Source of the DNA: Parcubacteria group bacterium
GTDB taxonomy: Bacteria > Patescibacteriota > Minisyncoccia > Phycocordibacterales > Phycocordibacteraceae
Reading direction: 5' to 3'
Assembly (NCBI GenBank): GCA_028286605.1
Contig: JAQBRE010000002.1
Location: forward strand, 464,065-528,064
Length of the DNA stretch: 64,000 nucleotides
Within the stretch, counting starts at the first letter, position 1. The number at the start of each line of letters is the position of its first letter. A program made the translations under genes and the position numbers. Shown here in pieces: positions 11,005 to 19,830 of the stretch. Under the pieces are notes generated by a model. It was not told the DNA's origin. It ran no database searches and saw only the letters and a list, made by a program, of their open reading frames with translations.

Positions 11005-11349
11005 TTATGAGCGAGCTACATTGCAAACTTTGCAGGCCATTACCATGTTTTCAGGATGATCTAAACCACCCTTGCTTTTAGGGATTACATGCTCAATAGT
11101 TGCTGGTGATGTATCCAGTTCATTCGTTCGTACTCCACAATAACAGCAACGCCAATTTTGAGCTTCGCATAAACATACGAAAAACTCCCTACCTAATTTA
11201 AACGCTCTCCAGAAAATTGTTCCATCATGCCTAAAACTGACATCTTCCAAAGCCCATAACAATTCGATATCGAAGCCTTTTTTATCAAGATCAGGACTAG
11301 TTCGTTGCAAAGCTGCACGAATTGCAACTTCTTGGCACGTTGTCTGCAT
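11005..11349 (-). CDS. HNH endonuclease (115 aa; start trimmed to MQTTCQ with GGAGG RBS)
   Basis: CCYCG...IEHVIPKSKGG...NMVMACKVCN zinc-finger/HNH signature; ~42% GC, lower than flanks. Confidence 0.8.
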   Translation of the reverse strand: MQTTCQEVAIRAALQRTSPDLDKKGFDIELLWALEDVSFRHDGTIFWRAFKLGREFFVCLCEAQNWRCCYCGVRTNELDTSPATIEHVIPKSKGGLDHPENMVMACKVCNVARS

Positions 11350-11385
11350 AGTCAATCCTCCTCTGGACAGAACCCTAACACAGTT

Positions 11386-11420
11386 GCATAAAGGTTCCAA
11401 TATCGTCCCAGACAGCCAGC
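11386..11420. repeat. Repeat family B copy 1 (GCAKAAAGGTTCCAAYATCGTCCCAGACAGCCAGC)
   Basis: 33/35 identity with 52179-52213; shares GCCAGC/CCAGAC core with family A. Confidence 0.7.
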
Positions 11421-11576
11421 TAGTAAAACAGAAAACCGCCCAACGGGAAGCTTTCCGTTGGGCGGCAGTATTGCGCTAGATGAGGTTGAAGTAGCGGGCG
11501 ATAAGGGTTTCGCCAAGAGCGATTAAGCCCGTAACACAGAGAACGGTCGCTTGAAACCGTTCCTCTCGCCGCCTTT

Positions 11577-11591
11577 CCCAGCTCTCAATTT
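11577..11591. repeat. Second copy of CCAGCTCTCAATTT (candidate target-site duplication with 10947-10961)
   Basis: Direct 14-15 bp match read in sequence. Confidence 0.5.
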
Positions 11592-11610
11592 CCTGAGGGC
11601 TCAGAGGGGA

Positions 11611-11641
11611 CAGGGGCGGCCGCTTTGCGGCCGCCCCTGTC
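11611..11641. promoter_or_regulatory. Perfect 14-bp stem hairpin (acaggggcggccgc-ttt-gcggccgcccctgt) followed by TATAAT at 11651-11656, upstream of 11659 gene
   Basis: Seen directly; could be terminator/attenuator or protein-binding palindrome. Confidence 0.4.
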
Positions 11642-11658
11642 CTGTTTAGTGGTATAAT

Positions 11659-12615
11659 ATGGCCTATATGGAACCCATGGCCGCAGCTCCCGCACCCGCA
11701 ACTTCGTCAGCAAAAACCTCGCCAAAAGACTTCTTCCTGTGGGCCGGCGTCATCATCGCGCTCTATGGCAGCATCGGTTCGCTCCTTACGCTTCTGTTCG
11801 AGTACATAAACTACGCATTCCCGGATGCGCTCGCAGGATATGTTGATCCGTACAACGGACCGGTCCGCGTCGCTATGGCTGCGCTTATCGTTCTCGTTCC
11901 TACGCTCATCATCCTGCTCCGTATTATTCGCGACACTATCGAGCGCGAACCAGGGAAGGCGAATATCTGGGTTCGTCGCTGGGCACTCGGCCTTACGCTT
12001 TTCATCGCGACGGTAACGATCCTCATAGACCTCATCACGCTCATCAATACGTTCCTGGGCGGTGAAATAACTGAGCGCTTCGGATTGAAGGTGCTTATGG
12101 TTCTGCTCGTTGCCGCCGGCGTGTTCATGCACTTCCTTGCAGACATGTGGGGGTACTGGATCACGAACCCGCGCAAGGCCACTTCGGTGGGTATCGGCGT
12201 ATTCGTACTCGCTATCGCGGTAGTCGTCGCTGGATTCTTTATCATCGGTACGCCGGGCCAGGTGCGCATGCTTCGCCTCGATGCAGAGAAAGTACAGGAT
12301 CTGCAGAACATTCAGAGCCAGATCACAGACTACTGGCAGCAGAACGGAATGCTTCCTGCAGAACTCGGCGCGCTCACTGATTCGCTTTCCCAAATGAGTA
12401 TTCCTGTTGATCCGCAGTCCGGAGCACCATATACGTATAAGGTTGTGAACCAGACCGCATTCCAGCTTTGCGCGATGTTCAGTTCGGCAACTTCGCCGAA
12501 CGACACCATGGAACAGAATTGGCAACATGGCGCAGGCACGGTCTGTTTCGATCGTACGATTGACCCTAAGCGCTATTCAACCGTTTCTCCTGCACATCCG
12601 ATTAAGCCGCTTTAG
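11659..12615 (+). CDS. Polytopic membrane protein (4-5 TM) with C-terminal soluble domain; hypothetical
   Basis: Several 20-aa hydrophobic stretches; no recognisable catalytic motif. Confidence 0.65.
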   Translation: MAYMEPMAAAPAPATSSAKTSPKDFFLWAGVIIALYGSIGSLLTLLFEYINYAFPDALAGYVDPYNGPVRVAMAALIVLVPTLIILLRIIRDTIEREPGKANIWVRRWALGLTLFIATVTILIDLITLINTFLGGEITERFGLKVLMVLLVAAGVFMHFLADMWGYWITNPRKATSVGIGVFVLAIAVVVAGFFIIGTPGQVRMLRLDAEKVQDLQNIQSQITDYWQQNGMLPAELGALTDSLSQMSIPVDPQSGAPYTYKVVNQTAFQLCAMFSSATSPNDTMEQNWQHGAGTVCFDRTIDPKRYSTVSPAHPIKPL

Positions 12616-12636
12616 CGGCTTCGTGCTTTTCGTACC

Positions 12637-15537
12637 ATGGCAAAGAACAGTTTTGATCATCAGGAGATAGAGAAGAAAGCCCAGGCCAAGTGGGAAGCAT
12701 TGAATATATACGAGAGCGATCTTACGGACACGACGAAAGATCCGTTCTACCTTCTGTTTGAATTCCCGTATCCGTCAGGCGATCTGCATGTGGGGCATTG
12801 GTATGCCTTCGCACTAACCGACATATACGCGCGTTTCCTGCGTATGAAGGGAAAGAATGTGTTGTTTCCTATCGGCTTTGATGCCTTCGGCTTGCCTGCG
12901 GAGAACGCGGCGATAAAGAACGGCGTGAACCCGCGTGATTGGACGTATGCGAACATGGAACGCATGCGTGCGCAGATACGAACGATGGGAACCTCCGTGG
13001 ACTGGAACAAGGAAGTGGTGACCTGCAGCCCTGAATACTACAAGTGGACGCAATGGCTCTTCGCGAAGCTGTATGAGCACAAGCTTGCCGAGCGTCGTAA
13101 TGCATCGGTGAAGTGGTGCCCACATGACCTAACCGTACTCGCGAACGAGCAGGTTATCGATGGTCACTGCGAACGCTGCGGAAGCGTCGTTGAAGAGAAG
13201 TTCCTTACGCAGTGGTTCCTCAAGATCACTGAATACGCCGAACGCTTGCTTACAGATTTGGAACCGCTTCCATGGCGTGAAGATATAAAAGATGCCCAGC
13301 GCGCATGGATAGGAAAGTCTGAAGGCGCGAAGCTTCGCTTCCAGGTGGTGAATGCCGACACGGCGATGGCACCCATAAGCAGTGCAGAAGGCTCAACTGC
13401 AATCGAGGTGTTCACCACGCGCCCTGATACGATATTCGGCGCAACCTATGTAGTGCTCGCCCCGGAACACGCACTTATTGATACATTGATGCCGGTATTC
13501 ACGAATGCAGACGCCGTCAACGCATATCGCGAAACGACTGCACGAAAGACGGAGCGCGAGCGCTCCGAGAATAAGGAGAAGACCGGCGTGCGGCTTGAAG
13601 GCGTAATGGCGGTCAACCCTGCAACGCTGAAAGAGATTCCCATCTACGTCGCAGACTATGTGCTCGGTTCATACGGAACTGGCGCCGTTATGGCCGTACC
13701 TGCGCATGATGAACGTGATTTCGCATTCGCGCAGAAGTTCGATCTCCCTATCGTGCATGTTATTGATCCTGTCACGGGTGAGAAACAGGAGAATCCAACG
13801 GATAAAGCAAAGATTGTCGCACTCGTTGAGAACGCTAAGGGCGAAGTTCTTACCATTCACTGGAAGCCTGAACTTGGCGGGCGATTGCTTGTTGGCGGCA
13901 CTGCAGAAGAGGGCGAAGAGGCAAGCGTAACCGCAGCTCGTGAGATTACAGAAGAAACCGGCTATGCAGACCTTGAACTTGTTGAGCAGGCAGATGAGCA
14001 GGTCCATCATGAATACTTCGCATTCTCGAAGAACAAGGCATGGATAGCGCATTCGACGCTCCTTCACTTCAAGCTGAAGAGCGAGAAGCAGAACGAACAG
14101 GCGCTTGAGGAAGATGAGAAAGGAAAGTTTACGGTTGAGTGGGTTACGCCTGAAGTGGCGGCGCGCGAGATACATGACGAGCTTCACGAATACGTACTAC
14201 AGCGCTTCACGAACTATCAGCCGTATACCGGTAATGGATTACTCCGTAACTCGGGTTCATTCGATGGCCGCAGCAATCAGGAGGTCATGAATGAGATCGT
14301 CGCTGCAGTCGGCGGCGAGATAACGACGAACTATCGCATTCGCGACTGGCTCGTCTCGCGTCAGCGCTATTGGGGATGCCCGATTCCTGTCGTCTATGAT
14401 CCGGAAGGGAATGCGCACCTTGTTCCGACCGAGCACCTACCGTGGCTGCTTCCGGAAGATGTGGACTTTACGCCCGGCGCCGGAGGCGCCGGTAATTCCC
14501 CGCTCGCGACGAGTAAAGAACTTAAAGAGCGCGTCGAGCGCTTGTTCGGCGAAGGCTGGACGCCTGAATATGACACGCTCGATACATTCGTGGATTCTTC
14601 CTGGTATTTCCTTCGGTATCTAGATTCGAAGGACGATCACGATTTCTCGGACCCTGCCATGATGAAGCAATGGCTTCCGGTTAATCGCTATGCCGGCGGC
14701 GCAGAGCATACCACTATGCATCTTCTGTATGCGCGTTTCTTCCAGAAGGCACTGTTCGATCTTGCTCTCGTTCCCACCGCCGAGCCATTTTTCGAACGAT
14801 ACAACCGTGGACTCGTTATGGGTCCTGACGGCCAGAAGATGTCTAAATCGAAAGGGAACGTCATTAACCCTGATGAAGTGGTGGAGAAATACGGCGCAGA
14901 TACTGTGCGCATGTATCTCGCCTTCCTTGGTCCGTACAACGAACCGGGTAATTATCCCTGGAAGCCTGAAGGCGTATTCGCGATGCGAAAGTTCCTGGAC
15001 CGCATCGTCGCCCTTTCCCAGCGCCTCTCGGACGAAGAACCGAATGATGCGACACTGCGCGCCCTTGCTAAGGCAACCGAGAAAGTGGCCCTTGATACCG
15101 AACGCTTCAAGCTGAACACGGCAATCTCTACTCTTATGGTGCTTACGAACGAGCTTGAGGCTTTAGCTTCGGTTCCGAAGAGCGCATATCTTCAGTTGGT
15201 GACGATACTCGCACCCTATGCGCCGCACGTGGCTGAATACCTATTCGAGAGTACGCAGCTAACCAGCACGCATACGGAAATCGATTCCGCGGGTACAAGC
15301 ATCCATCAGCAGCTCTGGCCTGAGGTTGATGAAGCGATGCTGACCAGCGAAACTATCACTATGGGCGTGCAGATCGCTGGAAAACGCCGCGGGGAAGTGA
15401 CGTTGAGCCCTGAAGCGAGCGAAGAAGAAGCGCTTGCGGCAGCCCTTGGGGTGCCAGAAGTGCAGAAGTACCTGGAGGGCCGGCTGCCGGCCCGGGTGAT
15501 ATATGTTCCAGGTCGTATATTGAACCTGATACTCTAG
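12637..15537 (+). CDS. leuS: Leucine--tRNA ligase with an inserted Nudix-box domain
   Basis: HIGH-class motif HVGH (aa 51-54), editing-domain TTRPDT, KMSKS (QKMSKSKG); 966 aa; insertion aa ~385-525 contains exact Nudix box. Confidence 0.95.
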   Translation: MAKNSFDHQEIEKKAQAKWEALNIYESDLTDTTKDPFYLLFEFPYPSGDLHVGHWYAFALTDIYARFLRMKGKNVLFPIGFDAFGLPAENAAIKNGVNPRDWTYANMERMRAQIRTMGTSVDWNKEVVTCSPEYYKWTQWLFAKLYEHKLAERRNASVKWCPHDLTVLANEQVIDGHCERCGSVVEEKFLTQWFLKITEYAERLLTDLEPLPWREDIKDAQRAWIGKSEGAKLRFQVVNADTAMAPISSAEGSTAIEVFTTRPDTIFGATYVVLAPEHALIDTLMPVFTNADAVNAYRETTARKTERERSENKEKTGVRLEGVMAVNPATLKEIPIYVADYVLGSYGTGAVMAVPAHDERDFAFAQKFDLPIVHVIDPVTGEKQENPTDKAKIVALVENAKGEVLTIHWKPELGGRLLVGGTAEEGEEASVTAAREITEETGYADLELVEQADEQVHHEYFAFSKNKAWIAHSTLLHFKLKSEKQNEQALEEDEKGKFTVEWVTPEVAAREIHDELHEYVLQRFTNYQPYTGNGLLRNSGSFDGRSNQEVMNEIVAAVGGEITTNYRIRDWLVSRQRYWGCPIPVVYDPEGNAHLVPTEHLPWLLPEDVDFTPGAGGAGNSPLATSKELKERVERLFGEGWTPEYDTLDTFVDSSWYFLRYLDSKDDHDFSDPAMMKQWLPVNRYAGGAEHTTMHLLYARFFQKALFDLALVPTAEPFFERYNRGLVMGPDGQKMSKSKGNVINPDEVVEKYGADTVRMYLAFLGPYNEPGNYPWKPEGVFAMRKFLDRIVALSQRLSDEEPNDATLRALAKATEKVALDTERFKLNTAISTLMVLTNELEALASVPKSAYLQLVTILAPYAPHVAEYLFESTQLTSTHTEIDSAGTSIHQQLWPEVDEAMLTSETITMGVQIAGKRRGEVTLSPEASEEEALAAALGVPEVQKYLEGRLPARVIYVPGRILNLIL

Positions 15538-15572
15538 ACATTTGATATAAATGTGCTGTTTTGTATAGAAAA

Positions 15573-15600
15573 AATACCGCCTACCTAGGCGGTATTTTTG
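15573..15600 (+). terminator. leuS rho-independent terminator
   Basis: aaaaataccgcctacc-taggcggtatttttg. Confidence 0.7.
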
Positions 15601-15697
15601 TCCCCTTCACCCATAAAACAGGCCAAAAGGACTTGACGCGAAGGACTGGACATGCTACCTTATTGGAGTAAGAGCGCCGCAAGGCGTTTTTGCGTTT

Positions 15698-16309
15698 ATG
15701 CCTTTTCTGATATCAACCCTGGTGGGTTTAATGGTTCTACCGGCTAGCCTCACAGCGCCGATGCCCGCAGCAGTTGTCGCTTCTACAACCGTAGCAGTAA
15801 CGACCGCCCCGACGAGCTTCAAACCTGTGGTGCCTGGCACAAAGGAAGCTACCACTCCCTTTACGGTCAAACTCACCGCTTATAACGCCGTGCCTTCACA
15901 AACGGATGCAAACCCCTTTGTGACGGCAAGCGGCTCGTTCTCGAATCCCGAAGTCGTAGCAGCCCGTTCAGGCGACCTTGCGAGTGATCTTCCTTACGGA
16001 ACGATCATCGCGATCGAGCGATCCGGCAGCGACACCCCCAGCTGTAATTACAGCAAGGTGCAGCAGCAGATCGGTTATCGCGTTATCGCAGATGCCATGA
16101 ACACTCGTATCACGAATACGGTCGACGTGCTTCTCGACCAGAATGATACGGTGCCGCTCGATGGAAAGGAGGTTAATCCGGGCAAAGCGCTCGGCTTGTG
16201 CGGGAAGGTTACGATTCGCGTCGTAGGCCATATTGCGGTCAAGGATATTCCTAAGACCCAGGCTGAACTCGCGGCATTCGTCGCTCCTCCCGTGCTTGCA
16301 ACCCGCTAA
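15698..16309 (+). CDS. Secreted 3D-domain (MltA/YuiC-like) cell-wall protein
   Basis: Signal peptide; TAYNA...TASG, GTIIAIE, YRVIADAMNTRITNTVDVLLD blocks typical of 3D domain. Confidence 0.65.
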   Translation: MPFLISTLVGLMVLPASLTAPMPAAVVASTTVAVTTAPTSFKPVVPGTKEATTPFTVKLTAYNAVPSQTDANPFVTASGSFSNPEVVAARSGDLASDLPYGTIIAIERSGSDTPSCNYSKVQQQIGYRVIADAMNTRITNTVDVLLDQNDTVPLDGKEVNPGKALGLCGKVTIRVVGHIAVKDIPKTQAELAAFVAPPVLATR

Positions 16310-16325
16310 TCTTTTCAGCGCAATG

Positions 16326-16367
16326 AAAAACTACACACCCGATTAATCCTCGGGCGTGTAGTTTTTT
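16326..16367 (+). terminator. Terminator after 3D-domain gene; TATAAT at 16372-16377 follows
   Basis: aaaaactacacacccg-attaatcct-cgggcgtgtagtttttt. Confidence 0.6.
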
Positions 16368-16437
16368 GCATATAATCTTCATGAAGTATGTGTAAGAGTG
16401 TGTGGCCAAAGCCGTCTCAATAAAATATACTCTTTAT

Positions 16438-18093
16438 ATGATTACGAAACGCTCTTTCTTCCTCGTGCTGGCCATTGTTTTTTCTTTTTCTATAATGGCG
16501 CCTGCCACATACGCGGCAACCACTTCAAAAACCACTTTCGTCAGCGTGCTTAAGACTGGCTCATCAGGTGCCGAAGTGACAGCACTTCAGAAAGCACTTG
16601 CGGCGCAGGGCTATTTTAAAGCAACAGCGAACGGTAACTTTGGCCCTGCAACCATGGCTGCGCTCGAGAAGTTCCAGACGGCTCACAAGATCTCTCCCGT
16701 AGGCTACACGGGCCCTTCAACGCGTACCGCTCTTAATTCGCTCAAGGCAGGAACATCCGTATCTACGACAACATCAGTACCAACTACCACCACAACGGCA
16801 ACGACCCCAGCCACACAGCTTGCGGCCCTACAGGCAATGGTCGCAGCCCTTCAGGCACAGCTTGCTAGCACATCAGGCTCAACTTCAACAACGAACACTT
16901 CTACGCCTTCTGTAGCGATAAAGCCGACTCCATCTAACGGCGGACAGTTCGAAGTATCAGGCTGGATTCCGTATTGGGCTGAAGCAAAAGCTGTTGCTGA
17001 CGTTACGCCCCACCTTTCTGAGCTTACAGAGATTAATCCCTTCGGATTCAGCGTGAAGACAGACGGAACGCTTGCAGATACCCTCACTATTGAAGACCCG
17101 ACCTGGCAGGCGCTTATTGTCCAGGCACGCGCACAGAATGTACGTGTCGTCGCGACCATCATGTGGAGCGATACCGGTTCCATTCACAATGTGCTTTCCA
17201 ACCCGACGCTCCGCGCAACGCATATCCAGAGCATCGTGGATACGGTGAACAAATATAATCTTGATGGCGTCGATATCGACTATGAGGGCAAGCTCGCTTC
17301 CGATAAGGATAATTACTCCGCCTTCCTGCGCGAGCTGAACGCTGCACTCGCTGCACAGACCAAGAACAAGTGGCTCGAATGTACTATCGAGGCTCGCACG
17401 CCGCCCGATTCGCTCAATACGAGCGTCGCGCTCAGCGATATTCAGTATGCGAACGACTACAACGTCATAAACCAGTATTGCGACCGTGTTCGCCTCATGA
17501 CCTACGACCAGGACTCCGCAGACCTGAAGCTTGATGCAGCGAATAAAGGCCAGCTGTATGCGCCTATCGCAGACCCAGCATGGATCCAGAAAGTAGTAGC
17601 GCTTACAGAGCAGACTATCGATAAGAATAAGATAGAACTCGGTATCGCGACGTACGGCTACATCTATCAGGTCATGCCAACGACCGATGGCAGCGATTAC
17701 GACTACACGCTTCTTGAGGCCTTTAATCCGGGCTACGCAACGCAAATCGAGCAGCAGTATGGCATCACGCCGACCCGCATGCCAGACGGCGAGATGTCGC
17801 TAACCTACGTACCGAAGGAAACAGTCTCCGCGCTGCCTTCTAACTCGCTTCTTTCCGCGCTGGCGCCGAAGGGAACATCGAATGGCAGCCTTGCTGCAGC
17901 AGGAGCGCTCGCGCTCGCGCAGACGAGCGGCAAGCAGTCTCCAGTACAGGTTCTCTGGTGGAGCGATGCACAGGCGATACAGCAGAAAGTAGCGCTGGCA
18001 AAATCACTCGGCCTGCGCGGCGTATCTATCTTCAAATTCGATGGCGGCGAGGATCCTGCAATGTGGAGCGTCCTTCAGGGTGCGAAGCAGTAA
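16438..18093 (+). CDS. Secreted peptidoglycan-binding domain + glycoside hydrolase family 18 protein
   Basis: Signal peptide MITKRSFFLVLAIVFSFSIMAPATYA; PG_binding_1-like block (GSSGAEVTALQKALAAQGYF...FGPATMAALEKFQ); GH18 catalytic DGVDIDYE. Confidence 0.8.
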   Translation: MITKRSFFLVLAIVFSFSIMAPATYAATTSKTTFVSVLKTGSSGAEVTALQKALAAQGYFKATANGNFGPATMAALEKFQTAHKISPVGYTGPSTRTALNSLKAGTSVSTTTSVPTTTTTATTPATQLAALQAMVAALQAQLASTSGSTSTTNTSTPSVAIKPTPSNGGQFEVSGWIPYWAEAKAVADVTPHLSELTEINPFGFSVKTDGTLADTLTIEDPTWQALIVQARAQNVRVVATIMWSDTGSIHNVLSNPTLRATHIQSIVDTVNKYNLDGVDIDYEGKLASDKDNYSAFLRELNAALAAQTKNKWLECTIEARTPPDSLNTSVALSDIQYANDYNVINQYCDRVRLMTYDQDSADLKLDAANKGQLYAPIADPAWIQKVVALTEQTIDKNKIELGIATYGYIYQVMPTTDGSDYDYTLLEAFNPGYATQIEQQYGITPTRMPDGEMSLTYVPKETVSALPSNSLLSALAPKGTSNGSLAAAGALALAQTSGKQSPVQVLWWSDAQAIQQKVALAKSLGLRGVSIFKFDGGEDPAMWSVLQGAKQ

Positions 18094-18136
18094 GGAATAG
18101 GCTACACTGTTCGCACTACTAGTAGCGATATTCTTC

Positions 18137-18571
18137 ATGGCAAGCAAGTTCGTTCCGGGCGATTACATACTGACGCCGAAGCGCTCCAGCGCCGGTATTG
18201 GTTTATTCGCAGGGCAGGATATTCCGAAAGGCGTCTGCGTTATCGAATATGTTGGCAAAGAGGTCCCTGAAGCAGATCAGTACACCAACAAGAGTCGCTA
18301 CCTATTCGGTATCGGTGAAAAACGCATGGTGGATGGGAAGCCGAAGATAAATAAGGCGGGCTATATCAATCATTCCTGCGCAGCGAATTGCGAGCCTGAA
18401 ATATACAAGGGCCGCATCTTCATCATGTCTAAGAAAACGATCAAGAAAGGCGAGGAGCTTACCTACGACTACGGCGCAGAGTATTTCAATGACATCATCC
18501 TTGGCGATGGCGGCTGCAAGTGCGCGAAGTGCGCCGTTACCGGAAACGGTCAGAAGAAGCGACGAGCCTAA
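18137..18571 (+). CDS. SET-domain protein (putative protein lysine methyltransferase)
   Basis: NHSCAANC, ELTYDYG, post-SET Cys cluster CKCAKC. Confidence 0.75.
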   Translation: MASKFVPGDYILTPKRSSAGIGLFAGQDIPKGVCVIEYVGKEVPEADQYTNKSRYLFGIGEKRMVDGKPKINKAGYINHSCAANCEPEIYKGRIFIMSKKTIKKGEELTYDYGAEYFNDIILGDGGCKCAKCAVTGNGQKKRRA

Positions 18572-18586
18572 TAAGGCTCGTGTTAA

Positions 18587-18614
18587 CAAAACGCCGAGCT
18601 GTGCTCGGCGTTTT
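18587..18614 (+). terminator. Terminator after SET gene
   Basis: aaaacgccgagc-tgt-gctcggcgtttt. Confidence 0.7.
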
Positions 18615-18660
18615 GCGTGTATTAATTGAAGAAGGAGATCAGATAGCCGTTTATCTCGCG

Positions 18661-19503
18661 CTAATCCAGGTCATAAAAGTTCTGGCCTTCTACGTGGAGC
18701 TTGGTGGCAAGGTCTATGCCCACATAACGCCAATGCCATGGCTCGTATTCGTAATACGAATTCCCTTTCGGATACGAAAGGATGAAGCCGTATTGATACG
18801 CATTTGCCTCGAGCCACGTGTAGGTGCTTGTTTTCTCGAAGCCAGTGAAGGTTCCGCCGACTTTCGTTGTGGTGAGGTCGAAGGCAGTGCCCAGCTGGTG
18901 CTCTGAATAGCCCTGATCCGCAGAGAATGAGTTCGCCGTGCCTGCGCCATACGTAACCTTATATTCGCTCTTCAGAGCCGCCTGCGTGCCGAATGAGCGG
19001 TATCCAGAGGCCACGAGCATGTCTACACCGCTTGCTCGTGCTGCATCGAGCATCGCGTACAGATGACCCTGTATAGGTGCGAGCGTCTGCACGGTGCGTG
19101 TCGGCTCGTATAGATATTTCGAATCGATATCTGCAATGGAAGCTGGAGTGTAATTCTCATTCAAGAAATAGACTTTCGAATACTTTGCAAGGAGCTGCGG
19201 GTCTGTCTTTGAAAGCTGGTCCAATTGCCCCACCGTGCCGCTTATCTGTGAGATCTGCTTTTCGAACGTCTGATTCTTATTCTGCTCAGCCGTTAGCGCA
19301 TCCTGCAGTGAATTTCGATCCTGAGTGGTGCGTGCAAGAGTAGCCTGCAACGCATCCTCTGCCGCAGTCGTTGAAGCCAGATTGCTCTGTGCGATGCTCG
19401 CTACGGTGTATTCGTGATAAAGCGCATATCCGCCGCCCAAAAGAATCAGTACCGCCAGTACTGCAGGAACAAGAACACGTGCGGAGAAAGCCATTGCTCC
19501 CAT
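18661..19503 (-). CDS. D-alanyl-D-alanine carboxypeptidase, M15/VanY family, membrane-anchored with coiled-coil linker
   Basis: N-terminal TM; SGYRSF...SEHQLGTAFDL motif of VanY/M15B peptidases. Confidence 0.8.
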   Translation of the reverse strand: MGAMAFSARVLVPAVLAVLILLGGGYALYHEYTVASIAQSNLASTTAAEDALQATLARTTQDRNSLQDALTAEQNKNQTFEKQISQISGTVGQLDQLSKTDPQLLAKYSKVYFLNENYTPASIADIDSKYLYEPTRTVQTLAPIQGHLYAMLDAARASGVDMLVASGYRSFGTQAALKSEYKVTYGAGTANSFSADQGYSEHQLGTAFDLTTTKVGGTFTGFEKTSTYTWLEANAYQYGFILSYPKGNSYYEYEPWHWRYVGIDLATKLHVEGQNFYDLD

Positions 19504-19535
19504 CCTCGCACGCAGTCCCTGACCCGTCTATGCGG

Positions 19536-19778
19536 CTAGGAATGCAGCGTTTGGCGGCTTCGTAGGGTGTTCTTGTACAGAAGGACCGTTCGTTCGCCTA
19601 GCTCATGGTAGAGGGTATGAGCCATGGTGAGGACTAGGGAAAGACGGGCGCGAAGCGCCCGATCAAACTCTGGATACAAAGCAAAGATCACACCGAAAGC
19701 ACCCAGCACGATGGCAAGGAAGAAGAGTCCGAATGTCCCAGCTAACAGAATGAAGGTTATTCGCTCGTATAGATGCAT
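19536..19778 (-). CDS. Small membrane protein (80 aa), hypothetical
   Basis: ORF track; two hydrophobic helices; two TATGCATA palindromes just upstream (19781-19809). Confidence 0.35.
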   Translation of the reverse strand: MHLYERITFILLAGTFGLFFLAIVLGAFGVIFALYPEFDRALRARLSLVLTMAHTLYHELGERTVLLYKNTLRSRQTLHS

Positions 19779-19830
19779 ATGCGCGCAGTATGCATATTTG
19801 GGCCTAAAGGGTCAATGAAGACCTGAACGG

